From: Candidatus Iainarchaeum sp.
GTDB lineage: Archaea; Iainarchaeota; Iainarchaeia; Iainarchaeales; CSSED10-239
Assembly (NCBI GenBank): GCA_028700115.1
Contig: JAQVTI010000011.1
Location: 3,232-35,231 of the forward strand
Direction of reading: 5' to 3'
DNA: 32,000 bases
Part shown: positions 5,844 to 14,000 of the stretch, in pieces
Layout of the letters: every line of letters starts with the position of its first letter
Position numbering within the stretch: position 1 is the stretch's first letter
Position numbers and translations under genes: made by a program
Notes under the pieces: generated by a model
Told to the model about the DNA's origin: nothing
Databases searched by the model: none
What the model saw: the letters and a program-made list of their open reading frames with translations, nothing else

Positions 5844-7601
5844 TTATCTAGCACCTGCACCTCCACCACCCATACCTCCACCAAATCCTCCTGCTGAACC
5901 ACTACTACCTGAACCTGATATAGATCCATTAGATAGTGATGTGTAGGTTATACTTGTTGTATATGTTGCTAAAAACATCATGTTTGTGGTGTTACTTGAC
6001 ACATTTAGGTTGTGTGCCTTGATTATTTTGTTAACTTTCTTTGCACTTCCAAAAGCAGTTGCATAAACTATATATTTTTCCCATAAAATTACATGTCTTG
6101 GAGGATATTTTTTAATTTGAGAAAAATCTGTTATATATCTATTAAAATTCATCCATTTTAGATTAAGAACTCTGTTTTTCTTTGTAAATCTATTACTTAA
6201 AAAAGTACTTCTATCTTTGTATACTAATTTTTGAAAAGTTGTAAATATTTTTAGATAGATGCTAATTATAAAAATATAAATCATAGGAATTGTCATGTAT
6301 GCTATTTCAGGAGCTATTAAGTTTGTTTTACTAAAAATTAATGAAATAAATATTATATATATTGCAATATAGCCAAAAAATAATAATGAAAAATAAATAT
6401 TTCCTTTTTTCTCAAATAATTCCTGTTCTGTTTTCCAGTTTTTATAATATTCAAAAATTTCTTTTTGAACTTTTTTAAATTCTAAATCCATTACTAGATT
6501 AAATTTATTTTTTGTAAGGTTATATCTGTTGTTAATCATTTTTTTAGTTATGTAATTGTATAGTGACTTATAAGCACTGTTTAGAATATCTATTTTTTTA
6601 TTAGTTTTAATTAAAATTAAATCATCATTTTTATCTTTTTCAAAATTTAAATATTTTTGATTAACTAAATCCATTATAATTGATCCAAACCAATATTTTG
6701 TAAATCTACCATTTGCAAAATAATTTGCTTGTATAGGATCGTGTTTAGAAGGTAAATCTCTTTCATATTCTCCAAAGTAATTTACTTCTTTTTTAGAATA
6801 TTCTTTTCCAAAAAATCTCCAAATTAAATAAAAGCCAATAAACCCTATTAATGTGTATATTAATAAATATATTTTTTTATGTTCTAGAACAAATAGACCT
6901 ATGTTTAGTTTTTTTTTAAGTTTATTTTCAATTTTTAAAACATCTTTAGATGTATATTCTTTTTTATAATTACTTTTTTGTGTAAAATATGTATTTGGAA
7001 TAAGCATATTTATTTCAATATACTCATTTGATTTTACATTTTTAGAAATTGAAAGTATATTTTTACTTTCTTCTATTTTATAATTATCTTTATTAAAAAC
7101 ATGCATGAAATATGTTGTGTTGTTTATGTCTTCTGGAAGGATAATTTGTATATTTGTTTTTGTAGATTTATTTGTTTTTTCTCCATATATCTTATAAAAG
7201 AATTGATGAGAATCATTAATATCTAAAATAGCATTTTCAATTGTATATTCAAAATAAGCAGTTATTTGTTCATTACTAAAATTTCCTTTTAGAATAAGTT
7301 CTTTTTCTCCAGAAATGGATTCATTTTTGTTTTTAAAAATAAACTCTGCATTCTTATCTTTTTCAATATACCCATTATATTCAGAAATTATTATATCATC
7401 TGGTTTTTGTATATATAGCTCTGTAAAACTGCCATTTAAGTAATAAGTTATAGCTTCATTTACAATTATTTGTGTGTTTTCTTGTATATTATAAGTTATA
7501 TTATAATTTTCTATTGAATAATATTTTGCAGAAACTTGTGGAAGAATTAAAGCTAAAGTAAATATTATTGTAATTATTAAAAATATACTTTTTTTATTCA
7601 T
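5844..7601 (-). CDS. DUF2207-like membrane protein with a Gly-rich C-terminal tail
   Basis: Signal peptide MNKKSIFLIITIIFTLALILPQVSA, a large extracytoplasmic domain, several TM helices, and the tail SGSGSSGSAGGFGGGMGGGGAGAR typical of DUF2207 architecture. The track start at 7679 is a TTG inside the intergenic palindrome, so ATG 7601 is preferred. Confidence 0.55.
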   Translation of the reverse strand: MNKKSIFLIITIIFTLALILPQVSAKYYSIENYNITYNIQENTQIIVNEAITYYLNGSFTELYIQKPDDIIISEYNGYIEKDKNAEFIFKNKNESISGEKELILKGNFSNEQITAYFEYTIENAILDINDSHQFFYKIYGEKTNKSTKTNIQIILPEDINNTTYFMHVFNKDNYKIEESKNILSISKNVKSNEYIEINMLIPNTYFTQKSNYKKEYTSKDVLKIENKLKKKLNIGLFVLEHKKIYLLIYTLIGFIGFYLIWRFFGKEYSKKEVNYFGEYERDLPSKHDPIQANYFANGRFTKYWFGSIIMDLVNQKYLNFEKDKNDDLILIKTNKKIDILNSAYKSLYNYITKKMINNRYNLTKNKFNLVMDLEFKKVQKEIFEYYKNWKTEQELFEKKGNIYFSLLFFGYIAIYIIFISLIFSKTNLIAPEIAYMTIPMIYIFIISIYLKIFTTFQKLVYKDRSTFLSNRFTKKNRVLNLKWMNFNRYITDFSQIKKYPPRHVILWEKYIVYATAFGSAKKVNKIIKAHNLNVSSNTTNMMFLATYTTSITYTSLSNGSISGSGSSGSAGGFGGGMGGGGAGAR

Positions 7602-7662
7602 AAATATCTTACTTTTATTATATAATATATGGCATATCGATTCATTTATAAACATTTCTTTG

Positions 7663-7680
7663 CTTGTATATTTATACAAG
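7663..7680. promoter_or_regulatory. Perfect 8-2-8 palindrome CTTGTATA-TT-TATACAAG, candidate ArsR operator overlapping a TATA-like element
   Basis: Seen directly. It lies 28-45 nt upstream of the ArsR-family ATG (7708), in the divergent intergenic region shared with the DUF2207-like gene. Confidence 0.45.
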
Positions 7681-7707
7681 TTATAATTTGTTAAGAGGTA
7701 TTTTTAG

Positions 7708-7992
7708 ATGAGAAAACAAAAAGATTTATTTAAGATTTTTAAAGTTTTAGGAGATGAAACTAGATTTAGAATTGTTGATAAACTTCTAAACTGTAAATCT
7801 TTTAAAGATAATACATGTTGTTCAGATTTAGCTGATTTTACACAAAAGGATCTATCTACAATTTCAAGACAATTAGATATATTAGAAAAAGAAGGTATTA
7901 TTGTTGTAAATAAAGTTAGTAAGAGTAAGTGTATAAAACTTAAAAACAAAGAAATTATCTTAAAAGTTTTTGAATATTCTAAAAAGCTTTAA
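7708..7992 (+). CDS. ArsR/SmtB family winged-helix transcriptional regulator
   Basis: LFKIFKVLGDETRFRIVDKLL ... CCSDLADFTQKDLSTISRQLDILEKEGII matches the ArsR HTH region. The Cys pair sits where ArsR carries its CVC metal/arsenite site. AAGAGGT RBS at 7693-7699. Confidence 0.8.
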   Translation: MRKQKDLFKIFKVLGDETRFRIVDKLLNCKSFKDNTCCSDLADFTQKDLSTISRQLDILEKEGIIVVNKVSKSKCIKLKNKEIILKVFEYSKKL

Positions 7993-8021
7993 AATTAAAA
8001 ATAATTTAAAAGGTGATTTTT

Positions 8022-8249
8022 ATGTCAAAAATTATAGTTTATTCAACACAATCTTGCCCTTATTGTGTAATGGCAAAAGAATATTTAAAATCTAAAAACA
8101 TTGAGTTTGAGGATGTAGATGTAGGACAAGATATGAATAGAGCTATGGAGATGATTCATAAATCTGGTCAACAAGGAGTTCCTGTAATTGATATTAATGG
8201 AAAAATAATAATTGGTTTTAATAAACCAGAAATAGATGCTTCTTTATAG
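8022..8249 (+). CDS. Glutaredoxin (CPYC active site)
   Basis: IIVYSTQSCPYCVMAKEYL ... GVPVIDINGKIIIGF is the classic Grx/NrdH-like pattern. The track's GTG at 8013 lies inside the AAGGTGA RBS (8010-8016), so ATG 8022 is preferred. Confidence 0.85.
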   Translation: MSKIIVYSTQSCPYCVMAKEYLKSKNIEFEDVDVGQDMNRAMEMIHKSGQQGVPVIDINGKIIIGFNKPEIDASL

Positions 8250-8270
8250 AGAAGAAGTTTTTTTATTTTT

Positions 8271-9221
8271 CTATTTTATAGAAGAAAATAAATAACCAAA
8301 TGCAAAAGAAGCAGCTTGAGTTGCTCTTAAAGGTTCAGAAGAATTACCTATTTTTACTATTTTAGAACAAAAATCCATTGTTTCTTTTTGAAGACCTTTT
8401 TTTTCATTTCCATAAACAAAAAGTGTTTTTTTATAAGTTAGACTTTTAAGTTCAGGTAATGTATTCTTACCCCACATACTAAATCCTATAATTTCATCAT
8501 AATTTTTTTTAATATCTGAAATATGACTTATAACTTTAACATTTGCTTTATGAAAACTGTTTTCTTTTAAGAAATTATTTATTGCTAGTTTAGAAAATTT
8601 ATTTTTTAAAGTAACTAAATATACTATATTTCTAAAAGTTTTAGACATTCTAACAAAATCAGAAATTTCTCCTAATGTAAAAGGACATTCTAAAATTAGA
8701 TCTGGGTATTTAAAATTATTAGTTGAAGTATTATTTTTATTTTCTGAAATATTTTTATTTTCTGAAATATTATTTTTTAAAGTATTATTTTTATTTTCTA
8801 AATTATTATTTTCTATAGTTTCGTTTATATAATATCCAATTCTAACTTCTATTTTAGAATCATTATTTCTTGCTTCTAGATATATTTTTTCCCCATTTTT
8901 ATCAAATTTATTTTTTTTAAGAAATCTTTCTTGTATACCTCTTGCATGAAAAGGAACATCGTGATTTATTTTTGATTTTATTTCTTTTATTTTATGTTTT
9001 TCTAATCTATCTACTATTTCAGAAATTGTTTTTGCAAAAAATTCTTCTTTAATATTTATAATACTTGATATATAATGTTTATTTTTAATAGGTTTATCTA
9101 AAATAAATCTTCTATATGACCAAGAATCATTTTTTATATTATAGTTTTTAGATTTTAATTCTTTAAAAATATCTTTTTTTTCTCTATAAGATACAAATCT
9201 TGATAAATTTATTAAATACAT
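8271..9221 (-). CDS. SPOUT-superfamily RNA methyltransferase-like protein (TrmH/aTrm56-like C-terminal domain) with an Asn-rich insertion
   Basis: C-terminal LFVYGNEKKGLQKETMDFCSKIVKIGNSSEPLRATQAASFAFGYL resembles the SPOUT knot region (compare aTrm56 GAEKVP...IGNQPHSEVAALAV). The N-terminal half is unassigned. Confidence 0.5.
   Translation of the reverse strand: MYLINLSRFVSYREKKDIFKELKSKNYNIKNDSWSYRRFILDKPIKNKHYISSIINIKEEFFAKTISEIVDRLEKHKIKEIKSKINHDVPFHARGIQERFLKKNKFDKNGEKIYLEARNNDSKIEVRIGYYINETIENNNLENKNNTLKNNISENKNISENKNNTSTNNFKYPDLILECPFTLGEISDFVRMSKTFRNIVYLVTLKNKFSKLAINNFLKENSFHKANVKVISHISDIKKNYDEIIGFSMWGKNTLPELKSLTYKKTLFVYGNEKKGLQKETMDFCSKIVKIGNSSEPLRATQAASFAFGYLFSSIK
8733..8768. repeat. 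Perfect 2 x 18 nt in-frame tandem repeat (encodes ISENKN x2) inside the SPOUT-like gene
   Basis: atttttattttctgaaat occurs at 8733-8750 and 8751-8768, with a degenerate third copy near 8785-8804. Confidence 0.9.
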
Positions 9222-9234
9222 TTTTTAATCATCT

Positions 9235-9266
9235 TCGTTCACATTATTTTTCGTTCACATTATTTT
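9235..9266. repeat. Perfect 2 x 16 nt tandem duplication in the 5' region of the SPOUT-like gene
   Basis: tcgttcacattatttt occurs at 9235-9250 and 9251-9266, which is 14-45 nt upstream of the ATG at 9221 (minus strand). Confidence 0.9.
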
Positions 9267-9308
9267 TTAAGAAAATAACTATTATTATAATTTATTTTAT
9301 ATAAAAAA

Positions 9309-9467
9309 TTATTTCATTCTTTGCTTTTCAAAAAAATCTGATTTTTCATACATTGCTTTAAAATTTTTTCTTTTTTCAATTTTTTCTTTAATTTTTTCTT
9401 CACATTTTTTACAATAGATTCTAGTTCCATCTATTATTTTACCACATTCTATACATTTATGTACCAT
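9309..9467 (-). CDS. Small zinc-ribbon protein, 52 aa (not in ORF track)
   Basis: MVHKCIECGKIIDGTRIYCKKCEEKIKEKIEKRKNFKAMYEKSDFFEKQRMK carries CxxC-x10-CxxC. Its ATG is 2 nt after the lysS stop codon (TAA AA ATG). Confidence 0.6.
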   Translation of the reverse strand: MVHKCIECGKIIDGTRIYCKKCEEKIKEKIEKRKNFKAMYEKSDFFEKQRMK

Positions 9468-9469
9468 TT

Positions 9470-10954
9470 TTAATTCTCCTTTTCATTATCTCTTAATTGA
9501 GGGAAAAATATAACATCTCTTATATTTTGAGATTTTGTTAAAAGTATTATTAATCTATCAATACCCATACCTATACCAAAAGCAGGTGGCATCCCATATT
9601 TTAAAGTATCTATAAAATCTGTATCAATTGGATGGTTTTCTCCTTTTCCTTTTCCTTGATCTTTTTGTTCAATCATTAATTGTTCTTGCATAAAAGGATC
9701 ATTTAATTCACTATATATATTTGCAAGTTCCATTCCATTTATATATGGTTCATCTCTTTCTATTAAATTTTTATCTATTCTATGTATTTTACATAAAGGT
9801 GTTGTTTCTTTTGGGTGATCTATAATATGAATTGGACCTAAAAGTTTATTTTCACAATAATTTTCAAAAATTTCTGAAATTGCAAGACCTCTTTTATATT
9901 CTTCCATTTCAATTTTATTTTCTTTTAAAATTATTTTAATTTCATTATCATCTAAAGAATCAATATCAATATTTGCAAATTCTTTAATTGCATCTTTCAT
10001 TTTCATTTTTTTCCAAGGTCTTTTAAAATCTAAAATTTTTCCATTATATTCAATTTTTGTAGAACCTAAAACATTAATTGTAATTTTTTCAATCATTTCT
10101 TCTAAAATTTCCATTGCCTCATTATAATCTGAATAAGCTTGATACATTTCAAGCATAGTAAATTCTGGATTATGAGATTTATCTACACCTTCATTTCTAA
10201 AATTTTTACAAATAGTATATACTTTTTCAAAACCACTAACTAAAAGTCTTTTAAGATAAAGTTCTGGAGAAATAGATAAATATAATTTTTTTTTCCAAAC
10301 AAAACTTTCAGTTGTAAAAGGTCTTGCATTTGCCCCACCATAAAGAGGTTGTAAAAGTGGAGTTTCTACTTCTATAAATCCTTTTTGATCTAGAAAATGT
10401 CTAATTTCAGAAATTATTTTAGATCTTATAATAAATATATCTCTTGATTCTTTATTTATCATTAAATCTAAATGTCTTTTTCTATATTTTACTTCAGAAT
10501 CAATTAATCCTTTCCATTTATCTGGGAGAGGATAAAAACATTTTGATAAAAAAATTAATTTTTTTGACTGAATAGAAATTTCCCCTCTTTTTGTTTTAAA
10601 AATTTCCCCCAAAATTCCAATAAAATCTCCTGTATCTAAATTTTTTAAAATTATTTTTTCATTTTCAGTAATTTCATCAGTTTTTATTACTATTTGTATT
10701 TTTCCATAAGTATCATGTAAATCTAAAAAAACAATTTTACCTAAGTTTCTAATTAATAATATTCTACCAGAAATATTAGCTTCTTTTCCAGTAAAAGAAT
10801 TTTCTTCAATATTTTTATATTTTTCTATAATTTCTGATGTTTTATAATTTTTTTTAAAAGAAAAAGGATATACTTCTATTCCTGCATTTTTTATATTTTC
10901 AAAATGTGTTTTTCTACTTTCTTCAAATTCATCTATTCTTGCCATTTTTATCAC
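9470..10954 (-). CDS. lysS: Lysyl-tRNA synthetase, class II
   Basis: N-terminal OB anticodon-binding domain (ISGRILLIRNLGKIVFLDLHD.YGKIQI). Class II motifs: FIEVETPLLQ, FRNEGVDKSHNPEFTMLE, GIGMGIDRLIILLT, FFPQLR. Confidence 0.93.
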   Translation of the reverse strand: MIKMARIDEFEESRKTHFENIKNAGIEVYPFSFKKNYKTSEIIEKYKNIEENSFTGKEANISGRILLIRNLGKIVFLDLHDTYGKIQIVIKTDEITENEKIILKNLDTGDFIGILGEIFKTKRGEISIQSKKLIFLSKCFYPLPDKWKGLIDSEVKYRKRHLDLMINKESRDIFIIRSKIISEIRHFLDQKGFIEVETPLLQPLYGGANARPFTTESFVWKKKLYLSISPELYLKRLLVSGFEKVYTICKNFRNEGVDKSHNPEFTMLEMYQAYSDYNEAMEILEEMIEKITINVLGSTKIEYNGKILDFKRPWKKMKMKDAIKEFANIDIDSLDDNEIKIILKENKIEMEEYKRGLAISEIFENYCENKLLGPIHIIDHPKETTPLCKIHRIDKNLIERDEPYINGMELANIYSELNDPFMQEQLMIEQKDQGKGKGENHPIDTDFIDTLKYGMPPAFGIGMGIDRLIILLTKSQNIRDVIFFPQLRDNEKEN

Positions 10955-11073
10955 ATATATATTTAATATCTTATTATTTATAATTTTTTAGAAAATAACT
11001 TTTTATAATATATAATATATATAGATAATACTTATAAATATATTTTTTATTTTAAAAAAAATATAAAAAAATC

Positions 11074-14000
11074 CTATTTTTTAAAATAAGATTCTTTTTT
11101 TTGTATAATATAAAAAGCACCAATAATTATAAATATATATAAAATTAACATCAAATTAGATTGTGGGCTTAAAGGTATATTAAAACCACTTGATTCACTT
11201 CCTGAATTTCCCCCTATATTTATATTCATAGGGTTTTGAGAAGTTGTACCTACAACTTTTCCATCTTCTCCTACTTGAAACATCATTCCGTCTTTAAAAT
11301 CTGGATTAAATGGAATTAAATGTCCATTTTCTGTATACCAATTACCTGTGCTTGGATCATACCAAAAAGAACCATTTTTTCCTTGAGCAGAAAGTAAAGT
11401 TTCAAGTTCATCATTATATTGTAATCTTGGAACACCATCTTCTGCACTAAATTCAAAATTATGCTCTTTTCCATCTGCAGTTTTTATTATCATTCCATCT
11501 GGTGTTTCAATAATTTCATCAATTGCCTGATCAGTAATTATTTGTCCGGTTTCTTTATCAATTATTTTCATCCTTTTTTCACATTCAGGAGGATCTCCTG
11601 TATAAAAAATAAATGTCTTTGTAGCTGTGTCGAAAATCTGGAAAGGACCAACATGTTCTAGTGCATCATTCATTTCATCAGCTTTATTTTGAGCATCTGC
11701 ACTATCTTTTTTACCTTTTACATCAAAATCTAATGCAAATTCTTCACAACCAGTTACCTCATTGTTATAATTTACAACTTTTGTATCTAAATCTTCAATT
11801 TCAGATTGATGCATTGTATAAGTTTGTTCAACCCATAAAATATAACTATTTGTTTCTCCATTATATATCATTTGTCCTCTTTCAAATTGAATAGCTATGT
11901 TTTGACCAACTCTTACATCTTGGTTATCAATTGGATACATTTTTGTAAATCTTTCTCCACCATAAACAGTAACTTTTGCAGCATTTCCTTTTGCTGATCT
12001 TCTAGGAACTCCTTCTGCTACAATCTCTATATTATTTTCAGATGTTTTTGGCATTATATCATATTGTGTAGTTGGGTTTGTGATATTTGTTGTTGTTAAA
12101 ATTTTTGCAGAACCAAGATAATCTGTTAAAGAATTTCCTTGCATTGTAAGTCCTGTTTGTGATTCATAGTTTAGTTTAAAACAATCTAAAAATCCAACGT
12201 TTTCAATAGTTATATTTCCATAAGCATCCATTGTAAACAAAGGAACATTTGTGTCTGGAACTGGTATATAACTTAGACTATGAGGAATTACTTTTGCAGG
12301 AATTCCTAAGTTAGTTGCAGTAAGTCTTACCCAGTCTTTGTGTTCTGAATCAATTATATTTTTAATAGTTCCATCTTCTGTTACAATTTCTATTTTTCCT
12401 TCATCTTTATCAATAACTAAAGTTTCATTTGTAGATGTATCTGTTAGATGTTCTACACCTTTGTCATTATATGCACTTGCTCTACAAGTTGATTTTTCTC
12501 CAAGTTCAAAAAAATAAAGCATTCCTTTAACAGAAGCTGAAGTGTTTCCTATAGTTTCAAATCTAGATTGAACAATTGGGTTGTCTTTTATTTTTGTTTC
12601 TGCAAAATTTTCAACTTCTTTTGCAGCTTCACTTAAATTTTCTTTTAAAGTAGTTCCATCTGCCATGTTTGAAATATTTTTTTGAATTGCAGAAGCTCCG
12701 TTTGAAATTGCATCTCCTATTTTATTTTTAGGATCTTTTTCTATTCTTTCTTCTTCATTTTTAGAAACAAAAACATGTGTATAATAACCTTCTTCATCAT
12801 CTACACAGTCTTGAACTTGTGGTGTGATTAATGTTTGAGGAATTAAATCTCCTAGAATAACTCCAAGAATCATTCTGTGGCTTGGAGCAGAAATTGCATA
12901 ATAAGCTAAATTACTTGTGATTGCAGAAACCATTCCTGCTCTGTAACTTTTTCCTGTCCATTTAGTTGTCCAACCAATAGGAACACCAATTAATTCAAGT
13001 TCATCTATTCTTTGGGAACATGTATCTCCATTATTTTTTGCATCAGTTAAAACTACTGTTTTATCATCAGTTTCTCCTGAGATTGATCCACCATAATCTG
13101 TATGATGAGAAAATGTAATTAAAGTTTTTCCTTCATCTTCTAGATTTTCTTCAGTTGTGTTTTCTAGTAAGTATGTAGGTACTGTAATTCCACCTGGAAT
13201 ACTATAAATTATTTGCATATCTTTAATAGGTTCTTGAGAAGAAACTTCTTCTATAGAAATATCTGTTTCTTCTAAATTTTCTTTTTGTGTTTCTAAGATC
13301 TTTTCTTTTAGAGCTGATTTTTCATAAGTTTGTTTTTCTAAAAGAGAAGAGTTTCCAAGTTTCACATAACAATTATCATTACATCCGTAGTTTTCTGCAT
13401 CTGTAAATAAAGCAACTTCATCAACTGTGCTTCTTCTAATATGTCCTTCTGTAATTTGTTTTATCCAATCATCTACTGAATTTGTGAATTTAGAATCTAC
13501 ACTTTCAATTCCAAGTTTAGTCAAAGAAACCAAATAAAATAACATACTATTAAAATATTTTGAAAATAAATCACCTTGATCAGAACCATCATTTACAAAG
13601 TAATCAATATATGCATCTTTGTAAATATCTCCATCTTCTCCGTGATTAATTAAAACTGATGTATATGTTTCTGGGATTTGATATGCACTATATTTACTTA
13701 GAGAATCTCCTATAAAAGGAAGAGATGCACCTGCTGTTTTCCATTCCCAATATGCCCAGTTTAGAGCATACGCATTTAGAGAATTTCCTAAAAGACTCAT
13801 TGCTTGGTTTGTATGTTTCCCATTAACTGGAGCTTTCATTTGTTGGTTTATCCAGTTTATTCCTTTTCCAGAAACCCAGCCTTTATTGTTCATTACATCC
13901 ATCATAGATGTATTTACTATACTTGCATCTTTAACCATTTTAGTTCCATCAGCAACATATGAATATGCAAGTTCAATTGGATCATATCCAAAATCTTTTG

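Noticed and set aside
7602-7679. Long N-terminal extensions given by the ORF track (TTG at 7679, GTG at 1181, 3132, 8013 and 24776, ATG at 24540 and 18892)
   Set aside because: The GTGs at 1181 and 8013 sit inside AGGTGA / AAGGTGA RBS-like motifs 5 nt upstream of an ATG, and the GTG at 3132 overlaps a GGGTG motif 7 nt upstream of ATG 3141. The GTG at 24776 overlaps the ferredoxin stop codon, with an in-frame ATG 9 nt downstream. The TTG at 7679 lies within the intergenic palindrome and would leave 28 nt for two divergent promoters. The downstream ATGs give canonical signal peptides or domain starts.
8250-8290. Bidirectional terminator hairpin between the convergent glutaredoxin and SPOUT-like genes
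   Set aside because: Only a 6-bp A/T stem (ttctat/atagaa) is present, and it lies partly inside the SPOUT-like coding end. This cannot be distinguished from chance in such AT-rich sequence.
11074-11200. PGF-CTERM/archaeosortase sorting signal at the C-terminus of the 1663-aa protein
   Set aside because: The architecture (Gly/Ser-rich linker, TM helix, basic tail) is similar, but no PGF (or PEF/VPXXXP) tripeptide precedes the helix. The sequence there is PLSPQSNLMLIL. It is called only a C-terminal TM anchor.
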